Positions 50,992-64,000 of a DNA stretch of 64,000 nt are shown here, piece after piece. The notes below the pieces were generated by a model, which saw nothing but the letters and a program-made list of their open reading frames with translations, had not been told where the DNA came from and searched no databases. The stretch covers positions 64,001 to 128,000 of the forward strand of contig CAVXYC010000007.1 in assembly GCA_963765765.1 (NCBI GenBank), written 5' to 3'. Made by a program: the position numbers and the translations under genes. The stretch's first letter is position 1. The number at the start of each line of letters is the position of its first letter. The stretch is from an uncultured Chloroflexia bacterium. Lineage in GTDB: Bacteria > Chloroflexota > UBA6077 > JACCZL01.

Positions 50992-53200
50992 ATGCCGGGT
51001 CAGAGTCGAGCCAACAACAATCAGAACGCCAAGCAGAAAGATCTGGAGCCGCAGAAGCGATCGGATGCCGATCAGCCGCTCACGACAAATCAGGGCATTC
51101 GCGTAAGCGACAACCAGAACTCGCTCAAGGTGGGCTCTCGCGGTCCGACGCTGCTGGAGGACTTCGTCCTGCGTGAGAAGATCACGCATTTCGATCATGA
51201 GCGCATTCCGGAGCGAGTGGTCCATGCGCGTGGAGCGGCGGCGCATGGAGTTTTCCAGGTATACGAGTCACTCGCCGAATTTACATCGGCAAAGTTTCTC
51301 CAGGACCCGGCGCGTCGGACACCCGTCTTTGTTCGCTTTTCTACGGTCGCCGGCTCTCGCGGGTCCGCGGACACTGTGCGCGACGTACGGGGCTTTGCTA
51401 CCAAGTTCTACACGGACGAAGGGAATCTTCGATCTCGTTGGGAACAACATTCCCGTCTTCTTCATTCAGGACGCAATTAAGTTCCCCGATCTGGTGCACT
51501 CGGTGAAACCGGAGCCACACAACGAGATTCCGCAAGCGGCCTCGGCGCACGATACGTTCTGGGACTTCATCTGGCTTACGCCTGAAGCGATGCACATGAT
51601 CATGTGGCATCTCTCGGACCGAGCAATTCCCCGGAGCTTCGCGATGATGGAGGGCTTCGGCGTCAACACCTTCGTCTTCGTCAACGACGCCGGCCAGCGG
51701 CGCTTCGTGAAGTTTCACTGGAAACCCGTTCTGGGTAAGCATTCGCTGGTGTGGGATGAAGCGCAGAAGCTCGCTGGAAAGGATGCTGACTTCCATCGCC
51801 GCGATCTCTGGGAGTCGATTGAGAAGGGCAACTTCCCCGAGTACGAATTTGCCGTGCAGATGATCGAGGAGAAGGACGAGCAGGCCTTCGACTTCGACCC
51901 GCTTGACCCATCGAAAGTCTGGCCGGAATCGTTGGTCCCGCTGAAACGGGTCGGCAAGCTCACGCTCAATAAAAACCCTGACAACTTCTTCGCCGAGACG
52001 GAGCAAGTCGCGTTCTGCCCGGCAAACGTTGTCCCGGGTATCGATTTTTCCAACGATCCCCTGCTGCAGGGGCGGCTGTTTTCCTACCTTGATACTCAGC
52101 TCAGCCGTCTGGGAAGCCCGAATTTCCATGAGCTGCCGATCAATCGGCCCCTGGCGCCCGTGCACAACAACCAGCGCGATGCACACATGCGCTTCACGGT
52201 GAACCCCGGGCAGGTTAGCTATCAGCCGAACTCGCTAGGCAACGGCTGCCCCTTCCAGCCAGGCGCGGACATGAGCGCATTCAGGAGCTTTCCCGAGCGC
52301 ATCGAGGCTCAAAAGGTCCGCGAACGGAGCGAGAGCTTCCGCGATCACTTCAGCCAGGCCCGGCTGTTCTGGAGAAGCCAATCTGAAGTGGAGAAGGAGC
52401 ACATCATCCTCGCATTCCGCTTCGAGCTTGGGAAGGTGGAAGCGATGTCGGTTCGTGAGCGTATGGTAGATCTGATCACCAACGTCGACATGGATCTGGC
52501 AGCCCAGGTGGCGGCGGGCATCGGCGTGGCCGATCCGAATAGCACCGGTGGTCTGGACGCGGCCCGCAAACGGCTCGAAGATGGCTGGAATACATTTGGC
52601 GCGACATCCAAGCCTATTTTCCGAACGATCGACGAGCCGACGACGGCTCCAGAGCTCAGCATGGCCAATACCGTTGAGCCAACCATCAAGGGACGAAAGG
52701 TTGCAGTCCTGGCCGCGAACGGAGTTGAAGCCGCGCACGTGACCGGCATGAAGACGGCTCTCACCCGTGGCGGAGCAACCGTGGAGATCGTTGCGCCCTT
52801 ACTGGGGAATATCAGCGGGGTTGATGGCAGCAGTCTCCACGTGGACAAGACGCTCATCTCTGCCGCATCGATCATGTACGACGCGGTCTTCGTGCCCGGG
52901 GGCGACGCGAGTGTGGCCGCGCTCCGTCAAAGCGGCGACGCGGTGCACTTTGTGAGCGAGGCCTTCAAACACTGCAAACCAATTGCCGCTGCCGGCGCGG
53001 GCCTCGATCTGTTACTCGCGGCGAACATCACCGGTGCACCAGTCGATGGGAAGGGGCCAGCGGCCGAGCTCCAGAACATCGAAGGCGTCGTGGTCGAACA
53101 ACCGTCCATGAATATCGACGTCCTGGCCACGAAGTTCACCGATGCGATCAAACAGCACCGTTTCTTTACCCGAGCGAATAAGGAGATGGTGCCTGCGTAG
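50992..53200 (+). CDS. katE: Large-subunit catalase HPII (frameshift near 51428)
   Basis: [39 protein letters not shown]; C-terminal DJ-1-like domain. Confidence 0.95.
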
Positions 53201-53218
53201 ATCGTAGAAATGACGTGG

Positions 53219-53247
53219 CCCGGGCCAGCCTGCGAGGCTGGCCCGGG
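53219..53247. terminator. GC hairpin between convergent katE and HAD genes
   Basis: Perfect 13-bp stem CCCGGGCCAGCCT-GCG-AGGCTGGCCCGGG; no U-tract. Confidence 0.55.
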
Positions 53248-53272
53248 ACCAGCGAGATCAGAGGCTTATCGC

Positions 53273-54016
53273 CTAGGCTCCGCCCCAGCCGCGCAGTAAG
53301 TCGGGTAGCTGTGAGAGCGTTTGCACGGTGGCGCTCGGGGTGACGTACTCCGGCTTGGGCCAGGGATTGGCGTTCTGACGCCAGATGCCGCGCATCCCGG
53401 CCGCCAGTGCGCCGGAGACGTCATCCACCATTCGGTCGCCGATCATGACGCAGGCCTCGTGCTCCACGCCAAGGCGACCGGCCACTTCCTCGAAGACAGA
53501 CGGGTGAGGTTTGGAGTGGGGCAAGTCTGAGGTGTAGACCAGCTCGTCCAGAAACACGTCCAGACCATGCGTGGCCAGGTCGGCGTTGTGCCAGGCCGCG
53601 GCCCACCAGGTATTGGAGAGCAGGCCCAGCTTGTAGCCGCGCTCGCGCAGCGTTTTAAGGGTGGCTCGAGAATCCGGAAAGACGATCGCCCAGCCATCTA
53701 CGGCATGGGCGTATCCATCCAGCGCCGCCATAAGCTCGGCTTCCTCGGGATGATGTCCGAGTCGCCGAAATCCATCGAGGAGCAATCCGGAGGGCGGGCC
53801 GCTCCAGTGCTCGGTCTCCACGCGTCGCCAGTGGGCCATCTCGGCTTCGCGCATGGCTGCCACAAACTCCTGACGCTCAGGCCAATCGAGCCCCGGCAGC
53901 CCAGTCACCACGTGGTCATACGCCACACCCCAGATCCGGGGCGCGTCGTCAACCCAACCGGGCCAATCGACGAGAGTACCGCCGAGATCGAAGATGACGG
54001 CGCGAGGAATCGTCAT
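53273..54016 (-). CDS. HAD-superfamily hydrolase
   Basis: FDLGGTL, LLSN, KPHP and IGDRMVDD. Confidence 0.9.
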   Translation of the reverse strand: MTIPRAVIFDLGGTLVDWPGWVDDAPRIWGVAYDHVVTGLPGLDWPERQEFVAAMREAEMAHWRRVETEHWSGPPSGLLLDGFRRLGHHPEEAELMAALDGYAHAVDGWAIVFPDSRATLKTLRERGYKLGLLSNTWWAAAWHNADLATHGLDVFLDELVYTSDLPHSKPHPSVFEEVAGRLGVEHEACVMIGDRMVDDVSGALAAGMRGIWRQNANPWPKPEYVTPSATVQTLSQLPDLLRGWGGA

Positions 54017-54143
54017 TGAATTAACAGTCGACAGTTCACAACTCGCAATCCTGGAGCAAGGCCTGGCGATGACATGGTCTCATCACGGGCTGTAGAAGAA
54101 GGGAAACTGTTGACTGTCTACGGTGAGCTCTATCGACTCGTGC

Positions 54144-57115
<2,972 letters not shown>

Positions 57116-57356
57116 ATGCAGATTTTAACATAACGACCGAGATTGAATCGAAGATTGTTGTTACAGAAACGTCATGCCGAGGATGGTGATTGGCATGAGT
57201 CCGGCGACCGTTTCTCCCGAACGCTTAACGGACTCATGCATGACTCTTTGATAAGTAACAAGTCATTTAGTAGACCAGCGGTACTCTACCGGTGCGTGGG
57301 TCGATACTGAATCTGGCCGTCCAAGCAGCCAATGCGGCCGTCGCTCACGAGGGCTT

Positions 57357-58196
57357 TCAAGTAACGATTGGCGTCTCGCCTTCCCCCGACTCGGCCGCGA
57401 TGGGTGCGGATGCGTTTCTGAACCAGGATCGTCCATGAGCGAAGAGGCTGACGTTGAGTAGCGCGATGTAGACACAGACACCAGACAGGATCAGGGATAG
57501 CTGAGTCACCCAGTCGTGGATCATCGCCTGCTGCACTCTCACGGTTTCGCGCGCGTTGGTGAGCGCATCCAGAGCACTGGTTACCACGCTGGCTACCTCG
57601 ACGATCCCTTCCACGACGCGCCTGCTAGCTTCTGCGATCCTGGTAAAGATCGATGTCCCCGGTGACTCCGTGTCGATGAGCTGCGAGCGGATGTCAGCGA
57701 TTGTGGCATCGATCTCGCGAAATCGCCCATCGACCGCCTGAAGCTCCTCTATCGGCAGCGGCAGGACTGGTAATCCAGGGAAAACTCCTCGAAGCTGTTC
57801 CATGCGCGCACTTATCGTGGCGAGTCGCTCTCGGATTGCGATGTAGTTGTCGCGCGCGTCCCGCAAGCCGGCGACAATTTCTTCGTCAAGATTGCTGAGC
57901 AGGCCTTCGACGATGCGACGACTTATCACATTTTGTTCGGCGAGCGTCTCGGCTTGAGATCGCAGAGAGTCTACCCGGACGCGGGCCTCCTCCAATCGGA
58001 CGCTCAGCTGCATTGCTCGCGCCTCCACCTCTTCGAGCTTGCCATCGCTGCCCACGATCACCGCGTCCAGCCGCTCGAACACGGCTCCGCGACCGGTCCA
58101 GATCCCCACGATCGCAAGGAGAGAAAGCACAATGGCCAGCACGCTGGCTATCATGGCCAGCAGTCCTAGCGGTCGCTTCAATCGGGGTGACTCCAT
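57357..58196 (-). CDS. Membrane protein with long coiled coil between two TM helices
   Basis: N- and C-terminal hydrophobic helices with a heptad-rich interior; AAGGAG RBS. Confidence 0.75.
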   Translation of the reverse strand: MESPRLKRPLGLLAMIASVLAIVLSLLAIVGIWTGRGAVFERLDAVIVGSDGKLEEVEARAMQLSVRLEEARVRVDSLRSQAETLAEQNVISRRIVEGLLSNLDEEIVAGLRDARDNYIAIRERLATISARMEQLRGVFPGLPVLPLPIEELQAVDGRFREIDATIADIRSQLIDTESPGTSIFTRIAEASRRVVEGIVEVASVVTSALDALTNARETVRVQQAMIHDWVTQLSLILSGVCVYIALLNVSLFAHGRSWFRNASAPIAAESGEGETPIVT

Positions 58197-58781
58197 GCTG
58201 ACTCCTTAAACCACGGGGCTATCCGCGCGAGTTGCCGGCCACGGCTCGTTTTCAGAAATTGTCCCGGCTTGATTTCTTCTTAGAGGACGAGTACGTCTGA
58301 CCACCGTTCACGGTCGGACCGTGGTAGCACTCTCATCAGCCACCCCTGCAAACGCGCGTCCAGATGATCGATTCCAGGGTCGTGCTCGTGGTAGATGCGC
58401 GATTCGATCATTCATATGAGCGAGCAATGCTAGGTGATGTGCAGCACGGCCCTGGCAACCTGAGCCTACCGCGGGTTGCGCCCGCGCATTAATGCCAACT
58501 GTCATGCCCTGGGCCGCGCCGCGACGTGCGAATCGGCACTGCAGACGAGTTGGCGAACTGCGGTCCGGCAAATGGGGCGGCGGCGTAATTAGCAGCACTG
58601 CGAGGATTGTCGCCTGAAGTAGGGCGAGGTGGCGGAGCGCTGACGCCTGAAGGTGGCCCCACTCCTGTAGATAATTGGGGCGAGGAGTGCTTACGTTACG
58701 TCGCGCAACATTGGAATAGCTGATTGACCGATTTCAAACTTCATTACTCAGAGCGCCGGGCGAGCCGTCGGACGAGAAGGC

Positions 58782-59351
58782 ATGACTGAACAAGACAAAA
58801 TGTTGCGAGGCGAGCTTTACGATGCCACCGACCCCCAGCTGGTACTCGCGCGCCGCCGAGCTCGCCACCTCACGAAAGCATTGAACGAGAGCCGAGACGA
58901 TGAACAAGCACACCGGGAGCAGATCATTGCCGAGCTGTTCGGATCGATCGGACATGGGATTTGGATCGAGCCGCCCTTCTATTGTGACTACGGCAGGAAC
59001 ATTCATCTGGGCAGCGCGGTCTTCTTCAACTTCAATTGCGTCATTCTGGACCCGGCGCGGGTGGACATTGGCGATAACGTGCTGATTGGGCCGGCGGTTC
59101 AGATCTACACGGCCACTCACACCCTGGACCCTGAAACACGGCGCGCCGGGCTGGAGCTGGCCAGGCCCGTACGAATCGGCTCCGACGTCTGGATCGGCGG
59201 TGGGGTGATTATCAACCCCGGTGTGACCATTGGCTCGCGCACGGTTATCGGATCGGGCAGCGTTGTGACGCGGGAAATTCCCGCGGCCGTCTTCGCAGCC
59301 GGAAATCCATGTCGGGTGATTCGCAAGCTAGACGCTCCATCTCTAAGTTAA
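58782..59351 (+). CDS. maa: Sugar (maltose) O-acetyltransferase
   Basis: KMLRGELY, PPFYCDYG, hexapeptide repeats, VWIGG and GNPCRV. Confidence 0.9.
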   Translation: MTEQDKMLRGELYDATDPQLVLARRRARHLTKALNESRDDEQAHREQIIAELFGSIGHGIWIEPPFYCDYGRNIHLGSAVFFNFNCVILDPARVDIGDNVLIGPAVQIYTATHTLDPETRRAGLELARPVRIGSDVWIGGGVIINPGVTIGSRTVIGSGSVVTREIPAAVFAAGNPCRVIRKLDAPSLS

Positions 59352-59450
59352 GAGAGGAGCGTCTCGGTGTGGTTGGTATGATTACGTCAGGTTGAGCGGC
59401 ACGGCGCTGAACCCCCTTCCGGCTCCACACAGAAAGCGCTGTCTATCCTT

Positions 59451-59987
59451 ATGAACCGCACCAATAAGATTGCTCTATTCCTTGATATGTCCAACCTCTT
59501 CTACGCGGCTCGATCTCTCAATATCCGATGGGACTACGGACGACTCGTTGGCACCCTCGCAAATGGCCGGCCGGTACTGCGCGCATATGCCTATCTAGGA
59601 ATCGACCCTGAGAATCAGGAAGCGCGAAACCTGATGACCTGGCTTGATCGCAATGGCTTTCGCACTTGCGCCAAGGAGATCCACCAGCTTCCGGATGGCA
59701 CGCTCAAAGCCAACATGGACGTGGAGATCGCCTGCGACATGATGGATCTGGCGGAATACGTGGACACGTCGATTCTGATCAGCGGCGACGGTGATTTCAG
59801 CTACGTCGTGAAAAAGGTCCAGGATCACGGGACGCGCGTGGAAGTAGCCGCGCTGGGTAGCATGTGCTCCCCAATCCTGAAGAACGCGGCCGATCAGTTC
59901 TCCGACCTGGAAGCAATGGTGCCCCAGATCCGACTCGAGGGCCGTCCGCTGTTCACCAATCCGGCGGCACCAATGGGGGAGAGCTAA
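59451..59987 (+). CDS. NYN domain protein (LabA/DUF88)
   Basis: FLDMSN, KANMDVEIACD and SGDGDF. Confidence 0.92.
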   Translation: MNRTNKIALFLDMSNLFYAARSLNIRWDYGRLVGTLANGRPVLRAYAYLGIDPENQEARNLMTWLDRNGFRTCAKEIHQLPDGTLKANMDVEIACDMMDLAEYVDTSILISGDGDFSYVVKKVQDHGTRVEVAALGSMCSPILKNAADQFSDLEAMVPQIRLEGRPLFTNPAAPMGES

Positions 59988-60004
59988 AAGCTAGGTCTAG
60001 GCGA

Positions 60005-62446
60005 CTATCGCACCGCGAGGCTCCAGGCCGACGCATTGGATGGCAGATCAACGAACGCCGTATCGTCCTCGTATCGCCAGTTCGCGTGATCTCGGCCATC
60101 TATGTGAACCGAAATCGGCTCATGTAGCCAGGCACGTAACTCTAATATCGTCCGCTGACGGCTGGGACGGAAATTTCCCTCGGGTGTGGCACTCACATTG
60201 AGACTCCCGTGACGCAGTTGGCATTCGATCCGCGTCCGTAAATACTGCCCTTGTTCGTGCGTAAACCCGTCGCCGGCATCTTCGTAAAGGGTCGTCGAAC
60301 CCAGCTCCTCTGAGGGATAGAGGATCACCGTCAGTGGATCTGCCGCTTGCTCACCCACGTGGAGCATCTCCGGCCAGAGCGGTAAGGCGTGACCGCCACG
60401 CACGTAAATCGCCAGCTGTCCTAGCGGAGCATGAGCCAGGATGTGAGCAGGGCCTTCTGTGCGCTCGCCAGTCCACCAGTGGAACCAGTCACCGGGTGGC
60501 AGGTACACATGGCGATACGTTGCCCCAGCACTCGCAATGGGAGCCACCAGTAGAGCTGAACCCAGCATAAATTCATCCGCTGCCGCGCAGGATTCTTCGT
60601 CGGCTGGAAACTCGAACATGAGCGGCCGAATGATTGGCGCACCCGTGCGATTGCAGTCGTCAAACAAGCTGTACATGTACGGGATTAGCCGCTGGCGGAG
60701 CTTGAGCATGGACCGGATGATAGATTGGTAGGGCTCGCCAAACGACCATGGCTCCTGAGACCGAGTGTTCCATGACGAGTGATTCCGGCAGAAGGGCGTG
60801 AAAGCCCCGAGCTCCATCCAGCGCGTCAGAAGCTCACCGTTGGCATCACCGCCAAAGCCGCCCACGTCCACGCCAACCCAAGCCAGCCCTGAGATGCCGA
60901 GGTTCTGAAGCTGCGGCATGCTCATCCAAAGATGCTCCCACCAGGAGGTGTTGTCTCCAGTCCAGTGAAGAGCATGACGCTGGAGCCCGGCGTAGCCGGC
61001 CCGAGAGATCACAAACGGACGTCGATCGGGCCTGTGGCGGAGCATGCCCTCGCGCGTGGCCTGGGCCATTTGAGAACCGTAGAGGTTGTGAACCTCCGCA
61101 TGGAGTCTCGGTTCGCCAGCCCCCTCGTGGATCACGTCAGGCGGAAGGGTCTGAGGAGTTGGGATGAACGCTGTTGGCTCGTTCATGTCGCACCAGATCC
61201 CGGCCACTCCGTGATCGAGCAACGCGGGTAGCTTGTCCCCCCACCATTCACGAGTTCGAGGATTCGTGAAATCGGGAAAGGCGCACGTCCCCGGCCAGAC
61301 TACGTTCTGGTACTCATCGCCGCGTGAGTTTTTCAGGAAAAACCCGGCGTCGTGTCCTTCTCGATATACCGAGTAACGCTGCTCCACCTTGACACCCGGG
61401 TCGATGATCGTGACGAGCTTGATTCCCAGAGTCTCGAGCTCACGAACGAGTCGGTCCGGGTCGGGAAAATTCGTCGGGTCCCAGGTGAAGACGCGAAATT
61501 CATCCATGTAGTCGATGTCCAGGTACAGCGCGTCACACGGGATATCGCGGCGTCGTAGCTCGCGGGCAACGTCCATGACTTCATCGGCGGACTTCCGACC
61601 CCAGCGGCTCTGGTGGTAACCCAGCGCCCAGAGTGGCGGAAGTGGCGTGCGGCCGGTGAGCTGAGTGTAGCGATCGACAACCTGGCGAGGTGATGGTCCG
61701 CCAAAGACGTAGTACACGAGATCGCCGGTGTCCGAGCCGAACCAGGAGCGGTCCGGCTGTTCGCATGCGAGATCGAACTCGACACGGCCCGGATTGTCCA
61801 GAAACAGTCCCCACGCCTGACCGTGCTCTAGGGCCAGGAGAAATGGGATCGAGGTATACATATTGATGAGGCTGGATGTGTGATTCGCACCTGGATCAAC
61901 ATTCCAGAACACCTGATGCGAGTCGGTTTTGTCGAGTCCGCCGGTGCGCTCACCACAGCCAAAATATCGCTCCCCAAGGGGATGACGTTTGTAAACCCGA
62001 GCCGGCGGTCCGAGCGGGTCTATCACCCGTTGACCCTCAGCCATCAGGGGCGAGAAGCCCATGCCAAGGCCGGGATCGTCCTCCGCGAAACGCCGACCAT
62101 GGACGTCGCCGAAGCTTAAACGGAGCGGATTGAGCTGAATGACAGCGGACATGCTGGCGGTGTGCACCGTTACTTCTTCCGAGCTCGGCTCGATGCGCGT
62201 GGCGTGATCCGGCCATTCGTGGGCGCAAACCGCCTCAGATCGATATCGTGGCAGACGCGCCCCATCGAACATCCCAACGCGGAAGATATCTGGTGCGAGC
62301 GCCGTCACTTCGACGACCGTTTCCCCCACATTGAGGCGCACCATGCCGTCCTGGGCGACAGAAACGTCAGCTTTGCCCAGCGGCTCATACGCGCCAGGCG
62401 TAGGCCCGGGCATCCGAAATTGTCGAAAATGGGTGGTGGGTCTCAC
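60005..62446 (-). CDS. GH31 alpha-glucosidase
   Basis: GYHQSRW, LDIDYM, WCDMNEP nucleophile, WTGDN and CRNH. Confidence 0.95.
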   Translation of the reverse strand: MRPTTHFRQFRMPGPTPGAYEPLGKADVSVAQDGMVRLNVGETVVEVTALAPDIFRVGMFDGARLPRYRSEAVCAHEWPDHATRIEPSSEEVTVHTASMSAVIQLNPLRLSFGDVHGRRFAEDDPGLGMGFSPLMAEGQRVIDPLGPPARVYKRHPLGERYFGCGERTGGLDKTDSHQVFWNVDPGANHTSSLINMYTSIPFLLALEHGQAWGLFLDNPGRVEFDLACEQPDRSWFGSDTGDLVYYVFGGPSPRQVVDRYTQLTGRTPLPPLWALGYHQSRWGRKSADEVMDVARELRRRDIPCDALYLDIDYMDEFRVFTWDPTNFPDPDRLVRELETLGIKLVTIIDPGVKVEQRYSVYREGHDAGFFLKNSRGDEYQNVVWPGTCAFPDFTNPRTREWWGDKLPALLDHGVAGIWCDMNEPTAFIPTPQTLPPDVIHEGAGEPRLHAEVHNLYGSQMAQATREGMLRHRPDRRPFVISRAGYAGLQRHALHWTGDNTSWWEHLWMSMPQLQNLGISGLAWVGVDVGGFGGDANGELLTRWMELGAFTPFCRNHSSWNTRSQEPWSFGEPYQSIIRSMLKLRQRLIPYMYSLFDDCNRTGAPIIRPLMFEFPADEESCAAADEFMLGSALLVAPIASAGATYRHVYLPPGDWFHWWTGERTEGPAHILAHAPLGQLAIYVRGGHALPLWPEMLHVGEQAADPLTVILYPSEELGSTTLYEDAGDGFTHEQGQYLRTRIECQLRHGSLNVSATPEGNFRPSRQRTILELRAWLHEPISVHIDGRDHANWRYEDDTAFVDLPSNASAWSLAVR

Positions 62447-62554
62447 ACTTCTATCCTGGTGAAGGCAAATTGCAGCAACAACCCTTTGGCCGAATCCGAT
62501 GGTGCCTCGATGCGCGCACTCGGCGGCTGCTTCCCTGGTGATCGTCGCTCCATG

Positions 62555-62948
62555 CTACACGGGTGATGCTGAATTGCCCGTCGATGGCTCAATGATCAGC
62601 TTCACAACGTTAGATGCTTTACTTGCGACCATCTCGAGCGCTTCCGCCGATTTTTCGAGTGGGAATCGATGCGAAATCAGCGGCGCCGCCCGGACTTGAC
62701 CGCTGGCAAGAATACGGATGGCCAGAGGATGGGCATTCGCGTAGCGGAATACGCCTCGAACATCCAGCTCCTTGTCGATAGCACTCGGGACCGGAGCTTT
62801 CATGTCCAAGAATGAGCGGCTGGTCCACCACGTACCGGCCGATCCGTCCACGCTCAAAATAATGGACGTCCGAGCCGCAGATACCAACAGCGGCGACGCG
62901 AATGCGAAACGTCGCCCGGGCCGGGCGTCGGGTCCGGGCAGTTCTCAA
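62555..62948 (-). pseudogene. Sorbitol/xylitol dehydrogenase (MDR) remnant with internal deletion
   Basis: GICGSDVH...LGHESSG joined out of frame directly to [13 protein letters not shown]...HRFPLE. Confidence 0.85.
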
Positions 62949-63101
62949 TCTCTATGACGCGGGGTTGTTGGAGTACGGCCACGCGCATCCATCACCTCCA
63001 GCCGGAGCTGCGATGGGCTCAATCCGCACGTTGGGTGCCAGCGTCGCGGCATAACATTGCGCGCGTCTTGCCCAGCGATCCAGGCGCGGCTTCAGCGTTC
63101 C

Positions 63102-63485
63102 CTAGTCGCAGTGCCGGCGCGCCACTTCGATCAGTTCGTCTATATCGAACGGCTTTGGGAGCACGCCGTCCACCATTGAACGCACGTCTTCGTGGTCGTG
63201 GTCAGCAGCGGCAGTCATCAACACGATCGCCGCGCCATCCGGCGACTTCGCACGATATGTTTCCAGGAAATCCACGCCACCGCCACGGGGCATCCTGAGG
63301 TCCAGAAGGATGAGCGCGGGAGCGTGCAGCAGAGCCTGATGCATACCCTCGTCACCGTCGTGGGCGGCAATCACAACGTAGCCCTCGTCGGTAAGCGCGG
63401 CGGCCACCATTGCATTGGTTGCGGCGTCATCTTCTATGACGAGAACAGTTCGGCGCCCGATGCTCACTTTCGCATTGCTCACCAC
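63102..63485 (-). CDS. Single-domain response regulator receiver
   Basis: VLVIEDD, ILLDLRMP, MTA and KPF. Confidence 0.92.
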   Translation of the reverse strand: MVSNAKVSIGRRTVLVIEDDAATNAMVAAALTDEGYVVIAAHDGDEGMHQALLHAPALILLDLRMPRGGGVDFLETYRAKSPDGAAIVLMTAAADHDHEDVRSMVDGVLPKPFDIDELIEVARRHCD

Positions 63486-63618
63486 TCAAACCGGCTAGAA
63501 AGCCGCTTGTAGTTTATGTGCTTACAAGACAGCTGGTCAGTACGGTATCGAACGATGCGAAGGCGGCACGGGTCTTGCCAAATTGCGGAGCATCTAGCGC
63601 TGGACCGAGGCGATTGCG

Positions 63619-64000
63619 GTGTCGGCAATTCAATCTGAAAACCTCATTCTTGCCTTGCTTCCCAAGCACGAGCGCAGAAGACTAGCGGCTGGAAGCACTC
63701 GCGTCGACCTGGCGCGCGGTACGTGGCTGGCGGAATCGGGCAGGCCCATGAGCCATGTCTACTTTCCTCTATCAGGTGTCTACTCAGTCCTCGGTTGCAC
63801 AGAGAACAGTCAGGTAGAAATCGGAACGATTGGCAACGAGGGAATGATTGGAATCCCTGCATTCCTGGACGACGGTGTGGGACTCTCAGAAGTGCTTGTG
63901 CAGATATCAGGGCAAGCGCTGCAGTTGGAAAAGGACGAGTTTCAGAGGTTGACGGAGAGCTCACCCCATCTACAGGAACGGCTGAATCTTTACACTCAGG
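63619..64000 (+). CDS. Crp/Fnr-family regulator (runs off the window end)
   Basis: Translated by hand: SENLILALLP...HVYFPLSGVYS...VEIGTIGNEGMIG...VQISGQA; GAGG RBS before GTG. Confidence 0.85.
   Translation, partial: MSAIQSENLILALLPKHERRRLAAGSTRVDLARGTWLAESGRPMSHVYFPLSGVYSVLGCTENSQVEIGTIGNEGMIGIPAFLDDGVGLSEVLVQISGQALQLEKDEFQRLTESSPHLQERLNLYTQ

Noticed and set aside
51400-51450. Programmed frameshift in katE
   Set aside because: No slippery heptamer; one extra base fits the window-wide indel pattern
57193-57239. 11-bp inverted repeat GCATGAGTCCG/CGGACTCATGC
   Set aside because: Single copy with a long loop and no U-tract; cannot be assigned
58200-58780. Possible gene or ncRNA in a 580-bp gap
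   Set aside because: The 96-aa ORF lacks an RBS and motifs; no convincing structure found

Overview
GC-rich bacterial chromosomal window. It is probably Chloroflexota-like, which is an inference from the Pro/Ala-linker lipoprotein SBPs, a lone gyrB and leaderless promoters. It contains: an NHEJ ligD-ku pair; a coxM-coxL-coxS-type molybdenum hydroxylase operon ending in a UbiD-family decarboxylase, with a four-helix-bundle gene inserted between complementary 7-nt repeats; scattered aromatic/heterocycle catabolic genes (ACMSD-like amidohydrolase, VOC, gentisate dioxygenase, Rieske oxygenase, a second XDH-family subunit, two dienelactone hydrolases); a complete ISKra4-family IS with IRs and a 9-bp TSD; a UvrD helicase with an internal DEDDh exonuclease; katE, gyrB, GH31 and a truncated Crp/Fnr gene. 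The best candidate for an undescribed system is 26.4-36.6 kb. It has a GT-C glycosyltransferase, a CARDB-like secreted protein, a GH30-like enzyme and three paralogous clan-A (GH2-like) hydrolase domains, two of them fused to a shared unrecognised multi-TM domain. These form two operons, each preceded by the same TTAAGA-N13-TCTTAA palindrome, and they are split by a vapBC module. Several REP/REPIN-like families are present. Many genes carry single-base frameshifts, which suggests an error-prone assembly. No rRNA, tRNA or CRISPR array was seen. All family calls are motif recognition by eye; no searches were run.
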